A DNA stretch of 64,000 nucleotides, taken from the human T2T-CHM13v2.0 reference genome, Homo sapiens. The DNA lies in the NCBI RefSeq assembly GCF_009914755.1, contig NC_060937.1, one strand, 5' to 3'. The translations under genes and the position numbers were made by a program. The notes beneath the pieces are model-generated. The model was not told the DNA's origin. It did not search any database and saw nothing but the letters and a program-made list of their open reading frames with translations. Shown here piece after piece: positions 14,076-31,925 of this stretch. Each line of letters opens with the position of its first letter. The first letter of the stretch is position 1.

Positions 14076-15325
14076 TACTGCCCCTCTTCCCCCCCTCTTA
14101 AAATTCTGAACAAAAATATTTTGGGATTAAAGGCTGTACATTGGGACTGTCTTAATCTTGTAGGAGGTTTAATTTTGTCTAGTTTTCTCTGATTTGTCCT
14201 TCAAGAATATGTACACTTTCTTTTTTTTTTTTTTACAGTAGAAATATATGTCACTAAAAGTGTATTTCTTTCAAATTCTGGAAGATGGAGGGTATATTAA
14301 GGAAAGACAAAGGAAATAAAGATTATTTAGCTGAAATATAAATTTTTAGAGGGCTAGTACTGTATATAAAAAAGCATGAAAATCTACCTGACTCATTTAT
14401 AAAACAAGATTTTTGTTTTGTAGATACAGAGCCTAAGAGGCACTAAATTGCCGGTTCACCATAAAGGCCATAGAATTTCTCCAGAATTGAAAAAAACTAT
14501 AAAATATATTACAGAAAGGAACCAAATCGCCTTTCGAGTAATGCTGTGACCTGATCAACTTTAGACATCTTTAGAATGCTAACAACTCATAGAGCACTCA
14601 GCTGGGTCATTTAAGGAGGAACTACGTTCATAGTAGTTGTTTGATACATTTTTTGATAGTTCAACTAGCTGCTTTAATTATAAAAGAATGAGATAGGCTT
14701 GATTCATGGCTTTTGCAGTTTTTCTATGTTCTGATTTCTTTTTTTCTAAATACTTGTTTTAATTTTTTTCAAAGCCCATCCTTATTTCTTTTCTCTGACT
14801 AATTATTATTAATTAAATTAAGCCGTGCCAAAAGAAGCTCTTTCTTCCTGCATGCAAAATGGCCATACTTATTCTCACAAATGAATATTCATATGGTTGT
14901 GCTTAAAATTTTTAAATCCTGCTTCCATTTCCTCAATGCAAATGTCTGGACACAGGCTTCAGTTTCTTGAGTTCAGAAAGGTTTGTGAGATCTCAGTTTC
15001 ACTGCCAGCCAGGATTCCCTTCCTCCATTCTGAATGTAGCAGTTTCTTATTTCTGATAGGAAAGAGCAAGAGGACTTGCCTTCTTTCTATAGTCTCTACT
15101 GAGTCTAGATCGTGGTATCTCACATGATACTCACAATTAAATATTGCAGGAACAGCCCTGAATTGATGAACCAAATTATGACAAAGAAAAGAAGAGTCAG
15201 ATCTGAGTTACATTTCAAGCAAAATAGCTCATAAAATAACAGTGTAGTGACTCAGGTGCAGTATCTATAAGTACATGAAATGACTCCCCTTCAGCATCTA
15301 GGAGACTGGTATCACAGGTAGCATA

Positions 15326-15664
15326 TGATAAGGTTCGGCCATGTCCCCACTCCAATCTCATCTTGGAGTTCCCATAATCCCCACATGTCATAAGAGGTAA
15401 CTGAATCATAGGCGTGGTTTCCCCCATGCTATTCTCATGACGGTAAGTTCTCATGAGATCCTATGGTTTCATAAGGGGCTTTCTCCTTCACTGGGCTCTC
15501 ATTATTTCTCCTGCTGCCCTATGAAGAGGTGTCTTCCACCATGATTGTAAGTTTCCTGAGGCCTCCCCAGCCATGCAGAAGTGTGAGTCAGTTAAACCTC
15601 TTTTCTTTATAAATTACCCAGTCTAGGGTATTTCTTCATAGCAGCGTGAGAACAGGCTAATACA
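15326..15664 (+). mobile_element. THE1-type MaLR solo LTR with 5-bp TSD GCATA
   Basis: TGATA...tgtccccactccaatctcatcttg...gaacaggctaatACA. GCATA lies at 15321-15325 and 15665-15669. Confidence 0.92.
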
Positions 15665-17029
15665 GCATAATTGTCAGAACTAACATTTATAGTCTAGAGG
15701 TAGCAAAACACTTAGACCACCTTGAGCACAAGAAGGAGGCATGTTTATAACCAGAGCTAGGATTGGGGCAGGCCATCAGGACTGGTATCTGGCGTAACAA
15801 CATAATTATAAAAATAAATTAGATATACTGGCAAGTTATTCAGACCTTTCCTATGACTCCTTGTGTAACTGAGGTAATAGACATTAGCCTTCTTCATGTT
15901 GAGGCTAAGCAGCATCTTCCAAAGGAAATTTGATTAAAAAATGGCACCAATCCTGGTCTCCTAAATGAATGTTTAGAAAAAGGGTAACAATTTGGAGAAG
16001 TGTTATATTGTTGTCCTAACTAGGAATACCCTCACATCATTGTCAGACTCAGCGCTAAGTTCATTAGGATGTGGAGAGTTCTAGACACTCCTTCTCTGTA
16101 CTTTTATTTTATCTTCCTATTCTTTGATACATGCCCGCATTTACTATTAAGATTACCAGTACATTATCTGTGTTCCTTGATATTTCATCCCATTACGAAT
16201 ATTATACTTGTTTAAATAATGACTTCTTTTTCTCTTTGTTCTTATGAGATACAGTTTCTGTAACTCCTATTTGTTCCCATGGCAACAACTCAATCACATT
16301 AATGGCCAGTTGCCTTTAAAATAAACGTCTCTTCTGCCTGGAAAAATTTGATGTATATTCAGTAATTCTTTATCTAACTAACACCAGCTTCAGGTTAGGC
16401 ATTTAATAAATAATTAGCTTCTAGCAAGTCACAGAAGTAGTTAGCACATGCATGCATTGCTGTTTGTTAAAACGGTGCCTAGCACTTGATAGATGCTTAG
16501 TGTATGCTTGAATATCATCTCTCAAGCTCCATATATGAATCAACAAATGAATGAAAGAAAGCAGGCCAGTTTTTGGAATTCAGCCTGAAAAATATTGACA
16601 ATATTAACTCATAGGTAATAAAAGCTGCCGTATAACCACATCCATCCTTTTACATATTCTAGACTTCTTTACCTCACGTGTTCTACACTTGTATTACAAG
16701 TGCTTGCTTTAGCACACAAATCATCTCAATATCTGATGAGTTTGCTTTTCCTTACCAAACAGAATTGAGGGGGAAAAAAACTAGTTGTGTTTCATGGATG
16801 ATCATAGAGTTAAATGTATAATTTTCAAATTATTAGCAATATTTTCATGGCTCAGCAATGTCCTGTTTCTCACAGTGCAGAATAATCCAACCTAATATAC
16901 AAAGTAATATATCTATTAGTTGCTCTCATTCAATGACTTCTACTAACCAATCATCATCTTCATTCACTTAATTAATATAAATTATCACCGATTATGTGTG
17001 AACATAAGGCCTGCCCTGAGGGAAATTAC

Positions 17030-18260
17030 AGTTTGTTTATTCATTCATTCATTTATTAAATATTTATTGAATGACTACTATGTTTGAGATGCTGCACAGT
17101 GAATGAGAAGATATTTTATACTCTAATGGTGAAAACAAACAATGCAATTAATCAAATGAACCCCTGGGAAATTTGATTAATGGATTAAGCAAATCTGAGT
17201 AGCTGTATTCATACCGTGTTATAGCCAGCCTAAGTATCCATCCACAGAAGCAATTTACTCTGAATAAATGTTGATAAAATATGTTGTCATAAAAATTCTA
17301 ATTATTGTAAAAATACATTCCTGCCAATAACCTCAAAAGATAAATGTATTTTACTTGCCAGATGAAACGCTATTGTCCAATGTGGAAGACTGTATGCTCC
17401 ATCTTCTTTCCATTTTCCAGAGCTTGATGATGGGCCAGAGAGACTGTGCAGCATTGATTCATTTATTAAATCTGTGGTAGCCGTCTGTGTGTACTCAAGG
17501 GAGTCAGCAGTGAGCACAAGCAGAAAAAGCCCTGCCTTTTAGAGCTTACATTCTATTAAGGAAAAGCAGATAAAACACACAAATGACTAAAATTTATAGT
17601 ATATCAACTAGTAAGAGGTTTTGGAAAGGTCAGGAAGAAAGGAACAGAGTATTAAGGATGGCTTCATGAAAAAGGTGACATGTGAGCCGGGAGCTACGTG
17701 GATACGTGGGTGCAAGTGTGCCAGCCAGAGGGGACGGTACATAGAAAGCTATGTGGCAGGGTCTGTGTATTGGAGGGACAGCAAGGAGACCAGCACAGCT
17801 GCAGTGAAGTGACAGGGGTCAGGGGATAGATGTACTCAGAATGGCATGGTGAGGTCAAGCCTTTGCAAGGACTTGAGAATCTGCTTTCAACTAGGTGATT
17901 AGGGAAGCCCTGGGAAGAAGGAGGTATGGAAAGAAGTGACGTGATGGCTTCAGTTTAAGAGGATCACGTTTGCTGCTCTGTTGAAATTCTACAACTGAGA
18001 AGAACAGGGAACATTTAGGTATCTATTGTCCAGACTAGAAGTGGTGGAGGTGGCAAGAAGTGGTTGACATCTGGATATACAGGATTTTGAAGGCAGAGTT
18101 GTCTGTATTTTGTGTGATTGGATTTAGGGTGGAGAGAAAGGAGTCACAGATGACTTCCACTTTTTTAGCCTGAAACCTGAAAAGTTGACGTTGTAATTTT
18201 TGTTTGCTGAGATAGAGAAAGTTAGAATAGAGTGAATGGCAGAAGATTGGGTGTAAAAAT
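17030..18260 (-). mobile_element. L2 LINE fragments
   Basis: ttcattcattcatt...aaatatttattgaatgactactatg, then agcttacattcta and ttgaaggcagagttg-type L2 body motifs. Confidence 0.7.
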
Positions 18261-18489
18261 GAATGAAGGATATATTCAAGCCACATTTTTCAAGTTCTTC
18301 AGGAAGTCATCCATAAAAATAATTTTATTGATTTGTGAGGTGATTTATTCTGAGTTGCTAAGCAGAGACATGTGAGTGTGTGTGTAGAGGGGGCATCGTC
18401 TACCTAACAGCACTGGAACAGTGCTACTTGAATTGAACCACAAATGTGTTTTGTTTTGGAGGAGGCTCAGCTACTGTGAATGAAAACTC

Positions 18490-18760
18490 TAGCAGATACT
18501 AACAATTAACTTTTATGCAGCCCTCCCTATGCAGCAGGCATTTTTCACATGCTTTACAATTAGTAACTCCCTTGATTCTCACAGAATTCTATTATGAAAG
18601 TGCCAGCATTTTCTGCTTTATGTAGCTGAGGCTACTGATTCAAGAACGAGGCAAATCTACATGCTGAAGTCCAGATAGTATTAGTCATAGGCACAAGATT
18701 TGATCCCATAAAGGCCAGCATCAGAACTTGGACCCCTGACCACTCTGATCTGGTGCTATA
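18490..18760 (-). mobile_element. MIR SINE
   Basis: Decayed MIR core: tgctttacaattagtaactcccttgattctcaca...gctgaggct...aagatttgatccc. Confidence 0.5.
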
Positions 18761-18916
18761 TTGCTTATAATTCATTCAGAGCTAAGAGTCCCTAAGTGGG
18801 CTAATAATATCATGATTTTCACTGTAATATTATCATACATTTATTTTTAAAACACAGCTTTTTAACTTGATTATTTAAAATTGGGGAAGAATATTAAGAA
18901 ATATTACACAGTAGAG

Positions 18917-19437
<521 letters not shown>

Positions 19438-20345
19438 TTTTTAGCACTTATACATATATTATTAAAAAATCTTTGATGCAATAAAACAAAGGCAGCATAC
19501 TAAATAAAGACAAAAGCATTGCCCTGTTATATATCATACATTTGTAATAGCAGGAAGTGTGCAATTAATTTCTATTTACCATCCCTTCTTCTCTAGAAAA
19601 ATTGATATCGCTTCCTCACAATTTCAGCAAGATGCTTGTAAATTCCCTTGGTTTGCTTATAGAACATGTTTAAAGATAATCATATTTTCAACATATTTTC
19701 ATCTCTAGGAACTCTTCATGCCATGGGCTCCCCACCTATGTTGGACAGAGTTTTTACTAGTAGGCAACAAAATCCATACTAGTTAGAATAATCGGAAAGG
19801 GAATTTAAAAATCATATTAGTTTGCTTACAGGATCTCCAGGGAAACCAGGGAATGAACTTGGCTGCCACACAGCCAAGAAAATAGCCCAAGCATACACAG
19901 AACTGTTCTAGCAAAATATCAATGCTGCCGCCACCCACTGCTTGGCAGCATGGCACCAGGGCACTCAGAATTCCATCTCAGCTGCTGAGAAGAGTCAATT
20001 GCTTTTGCTATCAAGCTTTCAGGAAGGTATCATGTCCCATGGTGTGGGCAGGGCCTCTTGCTCTTCACTTCATTTTCCAGCGTGTCAGCTTGGTGGCCAC
20101 TAGGTCGCATGTGGAATTCTGTCTGCAATGGAGCCTGGGAAATGTAGTTTCTAGCCTCCTAGAAAGTCCAGTGAGAAGGAAGTTGGCTACAAACTGCACA
20201 CATGGTAGGAGAAAGGTAGTTATTAGCTAGAACCCCACGCCACCACTCAGCTGTGACTTTTTGGATTAATGTGTTCTTGTGTCCCTAGCAGGACAATAGT
20301 CTTGAGAGCCAAGATGTATAGAGAGAGAAAGCATCTTATAAGTTC
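19438..20345 (-). other. About 0.9-kb L1-mediated 3' transduction with terminal poly(A)
   Basis: Non-L1 sequence between the L1 poly(A) (T-rich tract from 20346) and a T11 run (19432-19442). Enclosed, together with the L1, by the 17-bp TSD TATAATATTGCTTTTTT (19421-19437 and 26512-26528). Confidence 0.85.
19745..20190. mobile_element. Old MLT1-type LTR fragment within the transduced segment
   Basis: gtctgcaatggagcctgggaaatgtagtttctagc is typical of old MLT1 LTRs. Boundaries uncertain. Confidence 0.45.
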
Positions 20346-20564
20346 TTTTTATTTATTTTTTATTATACTTTAAGTTCTAGGGTACATGTGCACAACCTGC
20401 AGGTTTGTTACATATGTATACATGTGACATGTTGGTGTGCTGCACCCATTAACTCGTCATTTACATTAGGTATATCTCCTAATGCTATCCCCCCTCCCGC
20501 CCCCACCCCACAACCGGCCCTGGTGTGTGATGTTCCCCTTCCTGTGTCCATGTGTTCTCATTGT

Positions 20565-24433
<3,869 letters not shown>

Positions 24434-24496
24434 TATGATGTTAGCTGGTTATTTTGCTCATTAGTTGATGCAGTTTCTTCCTAGCATCGATGGTCT

Positions 24497-25485
24497 TTAC
24501 ATTTTGGCATGTTTTTTTAAGTGGCTGGTACCAGTTGTTCCTTTCCATGTTTAGTGCTTCCTTCAGGAGCTCTTGTAGGGCAGACCTGGTGGTGACAAAA
24601 TCTCTCAGTGTTTGCTTCTCTGTAAAGGATTTTATTTCTCCTTCACTTATGAAGCTTAGTTTGGCTGGATATGAAATTCTGGGTTGAGAATTCTTCTCTT
24701 TAAGAATGTTGAATATTGGCCCCCACTCTCTTCTGACTTGTAGAGTTTCTGCCGAGAGATGTGCTGATAGTCTGATAGGCTTCCCTTTGTGAGTAACCCG
24801 ACCTTTCTCTCTGGCTGCCCTTAACATTTTCCCTTCATTTCATCTTTGGTGAATCTGCCAATTATGTGTCTTGGAGTTGCTCTTCTCGAGGAGTATCTCT
24901 GTGGCATTCTCTGTATTTCCTGAATTTGAATGTTGGCCTGCCTTGCTAGGTTGGGGAAGTTCTTCTGGATAATATCCTGCAGGGTGTTTTCCAACTTGGT
25001 TCCATTCTCCCCATCACTTTCAGGTACACCAGTCAGACATAGATTTGGTCTTTTCACATAGTCCCATATTTCTTGGAGGCTTTGTTCATTTCTTTTTACA
25101 CTTTTTTCTCTAAACTTCTCTTCTCACTTCATTTCATTCATTTGATCTTCAGTCACTGATACCCTTTCTTCCAGTTGATCAAATCGGTTACTGAAGCTTG
25201 TGCATTCATCACGTGGTTCTCGTGCCATGGTTTTCAGCTCCATCAGGTCATTTAAGGACTTCTGTACACTGGTTATTCTAGTTAGCCATTCGTCTAATCT
25301 TTTTTAGAGGTTTTTAGCTTCTTTGTGATGGGTTGGAACTTCCTCCTTTAGCTCAGAGAAGTTTGGTTGTCTGAAGCCCTCTTCTCTCAACTCGTCACAG
25401 TCATTCTCTGTCCAGCTTTGTTCAGAGGGGGAGAGGTGCTCTGATTTGTAGAATTTTCAGCTTTTTGGCTCTGTTTTTTCCCCAT
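24497..25485 (-). pseudogene. L1 ORF1, disrupted (deletion near 25420 and frameshifts)
   Basis: ATG of MGKKQS at 25485. Fragments KRPNL, ENFPNLARQANIQIQEIQR-like and PRISYPAKLSF. Confidence 0.93.
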
Positions 25486-26511
25486 CTTTGTGTTTTGTCT
25501 ACCTTTGGTCTTTGATGATGGTGACGTACAGATGGGGTTTTGGTGTGGATGTGCTTTCTGTTTGCTAGTTTTCCTTCTAACAGTCAGGACTCTCAGTTGC
25601 AGGTCTGTTGGAGTTTGCTGGAGGTTCACTCCAGACCCTATTTGCCTGGGTATCAGCAGTGGAGGCCGCAGAACAGTGAATATTGCTGAACAGCAAATGT
25701 TGCTGCCTGATCATTCCTCTGGAAGCTTCATCTCAGAGGGGTACCCAGCCTTGTGAGATGTCAGTCTGCCCCTACCGAGGGGTTCCTCCCAGTTAGGCTA
25801 CTCGAGGGTCAGGGACTCACTTGTGGAGGCAGTCTGTCCGTTCTCAGATCTCAAACTCCGTGCTGGGAGAACCACTACTCTCTTCAAAGCTGTCAGACAG
25901 GGACATTTAAATCTGCAGAGGTTTCTGCTGCCTTTTGTTCAGCTATGTCCTGCCCCCAGAGGTGGAGTCTACAAAGGCAGGCAGGCCTCCTTGAGCTGTG
26001 GTGAGCTCCACCCAGTTCAAGCTTCCCGGCCATTTGTTTACCTACTCAAGCCTCAGCAATGGCAGGCACCCCTCCCCCAGCCTCACTGCCACCTTGCAGT
26101 TATATCTCAGGCTGCTGTGCTAGCAATGAGTGAGGCTCTGTGGGCGTGGGACCCTCTGAGCCATGTTGGGGATATAATCTCCTGGTGTGCCGTTTGCTAA
26201 GACCCTTGGAAAAGTGCAGTATTAGGGTGGGAGTGACCCGATTTTCCAGGTGCTGTCTGTCATGGCTTCCCTTGGCTAGGAAAGGGAATTCCCTGACCCC
26301 TTGTGCTTCCCAGGTGAAGCAATGCCTCGCCCTGCTTCAGCTCTTACTCGGTGGGCTTCACCCACTGTCCTGCACCCACCATCCGACACGCCCCAGTGAG
26401 ATGAACTCGGTACCTCAGTTGGAAATGCAGAAATCACCCATCTTCTGCGTCGCTCACGCTGGGAGCTGTAGACTGGAGCTGTTCCTATTTGGCCATCTTG
26501 GAACCACCCCC
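25486..26511. promoter_or_regulatory. L1 5'UTR: internal sense promoter (YY1 motif AAGATGGCC) and antisense promoter pointing in the MYO16 sense direction
   Basis: ggccatctt at 26491-26499. Bidirectional L1PA 5'UTR activity is established knowledge, but many CpGs are decayed here, so activity is unproven. Confidence 0.6.
26059..26133 (+). pseudogene. L1 ORF0 homologue truncated by TGA at codon 25
   Basis: ATG 26059 gives MAGTPPPASLPPCSYISGCCASNE*. The same frame resumes GSVGVGPSEP...RVGVTRFSRC, as in L1HS ORF0. Confidence 0.85.
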
Positions 26512-26953
26512 TATAATATTGCTTTTTTAACATTGAACTCATTAAGTGAGTGCTATGACTCACTCCGAATGAAGACTAACACATATAGTTTCTTCATTAA
26601 AGCACATCAAAGCCTTCTCAATTAGGAACACTGGATAGCACCTTAGCAGTACACTTGGGGGCCACCTTTAAAAGCTCAAAAATGTGGAAAAAATGGCACT
26701 ACAAAGACCACAGAAAGGACTTGTTTATTCTATGAGAGCTGAAACAACAGGCAGTTTTTTAACCTCAAAAAAGGTGTATTATTTGATCTCAGCTGTGAAT
26801 GTGAACCCTGGTTGAATAAAATTTTTCATCATTCTGTTCAGGCTTACAAATTACCACAAAAGTGCCATGAGAAATTATTTTGGGGTTACAAATAAATATT
26901 ACCAAGTAAGTAAATCTGCAAATATGGAATGCATGAAGAATGAGAATCAACTG
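26512..26953 (+). mobile_element. MER82, right part
   Basis: taacattgaactc...ttaggaacactggatagcac...cttgggggccac...tggggttacaaataaat...gagaatcaactg (TIR), followed by TA. Confidence 0.82.
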
Positions 26954-27221
26954 TATTTATTATTAAACAAAACTATTGACACTTTTCTGAGTTTTAAGTA
27001 TGAAATAGAAGTCATTGAAGCCCAGTATACTTTAGGAATTGGAGTGGGCCAAAAAATGATGGGTTTCTGCAATACATTTTCACAATTTGAGCAAAAGAGG
27101 GCCTCATCATAATTTACATCATATTGTTGAATAGGGCTTTGCAGATTCCTAGCTATATTATCTCATTGGGTATGAAGAATGCTTCTGTGCCATAAGCAAT
27201 AAACTTATAATCCTTATTGTT

Positions 27222-27522
27222 TCCTTGTCTGTTTGTTTTTGAGACAGAATCTTACTTTGTTGCTAAGCTGGAGTGCAGTAGCATGATCTTGGCTGACTGC
27301 AACCTCCGTCCCCAGGGTACAAGCAATTTTTGGGTCTCAGCTGCCTGAAGAGCTGAGACTACAGGCGCATGTCACCACGCCCAGCTAGTTTTTTGTATTT
27401 TTAGTAGAGACGGGTTTTCACCATGTTGGCCAGGCTGGTCTTGAACTCCTGACCTCATGTAACCCAGCCAACTCAGCCTCCCAAAGTGCTGGGATTACAG
27501 ATGTTTGCCACCACACCCGGCC
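27222..27522 (-). mobile_element. Alu (AluS-like)
   Basis: TSD taatccttattgtt at 27208-27221 and 27524-27537. Confidence 0.96.
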
Positions 27523-30500
27523 CTAATCCTTATTGTTATAAAAAATCTAATATCAGAGAGGTTGGCAGTGGTGTGAAATCCCAAATACAAATGTTTTGGC
27601 TCCCCCAAAAGAATACTTTAATGCATGATAATTTTTATATGTACTCAGTTATATGATTATATAATTATATAAAATTTGTCCACTAAGAATTTTTTCACTT
27701 ACATTTTTATTATTTGAGCATCTCAAATATGTTTTATTTTACAGTTTATATAATTTAATTTTTAAAATATTCTCCAACTTGTACCACATCCAAGCACCAA
27801 TGCTCTATAACTCGAATGTGTTCTTCTAGTTTTTAAAAAAACAATTCCAAGGTATTTTACTTATTCTCAGATTGAGAAGCCTTTTTGTTACTCAATATTA
27901 AATTCACAAAGCTAAAAGTGATTTATTCTCTTAAAAATCTTGACTTCATGTTTATTTCAGCATGTACATATTTACATGTATTATTTCTAAGATGTTGAAT
28001 CAATGCAGCTATGCCCTGAGTTAAATGCTTGTAAAATATCCTCAGAATCTGCTCAGTCACTTGCTTGCTGAGAGAGGAACAATGGACTTTTCTTTGCTAT
28101 TTTGGATCATGTGGTTTTTATAGGGAATGGTCTCTGAATAGCACTGCTCAATTCTCACTTCTTTTCTGATACGATTTTAGATAAAAGGTTTCCATTTTGT
28201 CTTCAGCATGCCAGATCTAAATTTTCACATTTAATTTGACAAAGTGGCCACAGTTGCTAAGCTATTCGGTACAGTTAGCAATTCTAAAGCTGTGACAAAT
28301 ATGCACATTTTAATAGTTGCATTTCAAACCATAAGAAACAAAATACTTTTACATTGGTATTAATTACTTTAAAGGGGTATTAATTTCTTTAAATTGTGTA
28401 AACCACCTTATGATGCTTGTATTTAGGAAAATGGTCACCAATGTTACTGACTCATCTTCTCAGGCCTTTGCCTTTTTCTTATTGAAAAAAACATTTGGGG
28501 TGGAAGTAATTTGATACTTCCTGTGTCCTGGAGTCATTCACTAAATTTTTCTATAAAAATCCATCATACATAATTTCAAGAAATTGATACTAGAGAACTA
28601 AAGGACAAAATATTATTTTAAGTAGTTTTGTTTTTGAAAAGGGTGATAGGGAATATCAGATTACTGAATTCTTACCATTACATACAATGAGGAGCTCTTT
28701 AAAGATTTTTTCGCTGCTTGAAATAAGAAGTTGTAGGAGGAAATATTAGCCAATGTATAGTCATCTGCTGAGTGAGGCTCAGCAGTGACATTATCACTCT
28801 TTTACTTCAGTAACAATGGATTGATTACTGGAAATTGCAGGGAACATTTTCTTAATCCTTGGCCTTTTGTGTTTGAACATCTGATATTAGTAACGTCTTT
28901 GCCTGTACGGTGGAGTGTGCCCTGTTCTGTAAGTAATGGACAAAGTGGAACTAGATCATCTTAATGGGTGCTGCAGGCAACTGCTGGAACCAAAGCATTC
29001 TGTCATAGCTAAACATTTCGTACACATATGGCTTACTTTACATGAAGCGGCTTACATTGATAGATCAAAATCCAATCATTCCAAAACTTGACTCATTAGT
29101 TGTTTAGACAATTCCTAGGTTAAATACTACTACATAAAATTGTTTACAGTTTGGTTATAAATTACCCTTTTCATCACTTCAATTTCTTACATATCAAGAC
29201 ACAAGCTGCCCTTGCTATGTCAGGTGATACCCTTTCGTAGAGAATAAGTATACATTTAAATGGTTCAAGGTAAGTCTAATTTTCCTGTGAACTGTGGTAG
29301 AAAATCCCGGCCAAGCACCTGAATATCAACTTTTCATGTAAATGACCACACATACAATATTTAATATCTTTCTCATCAGTTGATCTTGCCTTTGACTGCA
29401 CTGAGAAAATTGAAGTTTTCAGGCTTGAATGACTTCAACTTCCTACTAAGAAACGATTGATTTTTTCCTATTTATTTGCTGCCTTTTTTCCATTCTTAAA
29501 GAGGTGTTTATTATCCTTTTAAGCTGAATCTTTTCACATACTTGCTAAATTCTACTCATAGTCACCTCTCCAAGGATTTCTCCTTATTCCTCCCTTGTTT
29601 TCAGTCATTCTATAAGCCTTTTTCTTCAAATTCATATTTATGTCCCAGTATCTTTCATTAAGTTAAAAAAAGAAAAAAATAATCAAACTTGTTTCTTTAG
29701 TTGTTGCTTTATTGTTCCTCTCACGTTTACACTGAAGCTTCTCTGAAGAACAGTATGATTCTGCTGACCCAGGTTAGCAGCTCCCAGACAGTTCTCAATC
29801 CAGACAATCTGACTTCAGCCCACTGGAGCCCTTCAAATGGCCTTGGCCATGGACACTTTTGATACTTTTGTGGTGAAATCAGTGACTGCATCTTCATTTC
29901 ATTGTTTATCTTACTTCATATATCTCACTTGATCTTAAGGCAAGTTGACCATAGAAGGAAACTGGGCAAATGTCCCATTTTTTACCCACGTTCATATATT
30001 TTGGCATGAACAGTAAAAATTTGAAAGAGGCTATTCAGCCTCCTATGCTCTTAGTGGCCTTTGAAGACAAGAGCCTTTTGGTTTTTAGTTTTTGATTTTA
30101 TAAATCAGCTACTACTTAAACCTTACCATCACTAGAATCTATAGTGGAAAATTATTCTATCTTTGGTAAAAATGCTTACTTAATATTAACAGTGATTAGA
30201 AGCATAATATTAGATTTTAGAAGACAAGCAATAAAGTGTCACTGAAAAAAATAAATCTGTAAGATTTCTAATTTCAAATCAGCTTCTAATTGTCACTCCT
30301 GTCTTAACAACAAGAACAAATCTGAACTGATTGAAAATCGGTGATGTTTCTTGGACCTATCAGAGAACTAAGTTTGTAAGAAAAAGCCTATCAACTCTAG
30401 AATCTGAGGGGATGAAGATGGTCTGGAGCGGAAGCACAGGAGCCCTATACTGGTAGGAATATTTAAATGGCAATGTGTTGACTTGCCAGAGGCTGAGTGC

Positions 30501-31134
30501 AGACTAGTATGGAGTGAGGAAACCCTGGGGGCCACAGTCTTAGGGGGCCCCACATTTTCCTGGGTTTTACCTCTAGGTAAAACGATAGAGGTTCTTGCAA
30601 GGAACTCACCAGGTTCCCACAAGGAAGATTGGAGAGAGGTCCTTTTATGTATAAAAGGATTTTATCCATAAAACAGATGTTTTGCAGAGAAGTACCTGGA
30701 AGCACAAAGTCAAGAGAGAGACAAAAACAAAGAAATATTGGAAGAGTCTGGCTTCTAGAGTTACAGCAAACATTAAACACAGTCCAGCTACTAGCCAGAT
30801 CAAAATAGACTCTCACTTCCTAGACCTAATGACCTCAGTTACTAATACCTAATATCTGGCTTTCAATGAAAAATTAAAAGACATGTCAAAAGGCAAGGAA
30901 AACACAGTTTGAAGATATAAAAAAAACATCAGAACCAGTCACAGATATGACAGATATTAAAATTATCAGACAGGAGATTTAAAAGAACTATTATTAATAT
31001 ACAGAGGATTCTAATGAGAAAAAGTAGACAACTTACAAAAGAGATGGACGATGTAAGCAGAGAGATGGAAACTCTACTAAAGAAACCAAAGGAACTCTAT
31101 AAATCAAAAGCACTGCAACAAAAATGAAGAATGC

Positions 31135-31494
<360 letters not shown>

Positions 31495-31649
31495 TCAGTA
31501 GACTGGACATAGGCAAGGAACAGTGAGCCACCTCTGACAGCCAGCAGGACTTTCTAAACTGAAATGCAAAAAGAACAAGGTGGCAAGAAACAGTAATTTC
31601 AAAAGGTTTGACATGTGTAATGGGAGTACCAGAAGAGGAAGAGAGTAAG

Positions 31650-31925
31650 TATACACTTTCATAGAAGAAATAAGATGTAGAATTTAATAGATTAGTAGGG
31701 TGACTGTAATTTACAGTAATCTATTATATATATCAAAATAGCTAGAAGATAAGAATTAGAATGTTTCTAGCATAAAAAAAAGGCGACATTTATTATGATG
31801 TATTTCCCAATATACTGATATGATCCTTACATATTATATAAATTTATTAAATTGTCACATATACTCCCAAAATATGTACATCTATTTTGTATCAATTTAA
31901 AAAATAAAATTTAAAAACAAAAAGA
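31650..31925 (+). mobile_element. L1MA-type 3' end nested in the older L1M
   Basis: agtagggtgactgtaattta...tcaaaatagctagaaga...aatatgtacatctatt...A-rich tail. Confidence 0.65.

Noticed and set aside
19438-20345. Processed pseudogene as an alternative reading of the poly(A)-tailed segment
   Set aside because: No recognisable coding homology. It contains an old LTR-like fragment and shares one TSD pair with the adjacent L1, which fits 3' transduction better.
29224-29275. Strong donor AAG|GTAAGT with a possible 46-nt exon upstream
   Set aside because: Weak pyrimidine tract, frame-shifting length and no supporting evidence. Such sites are expected by chance in a long intron.
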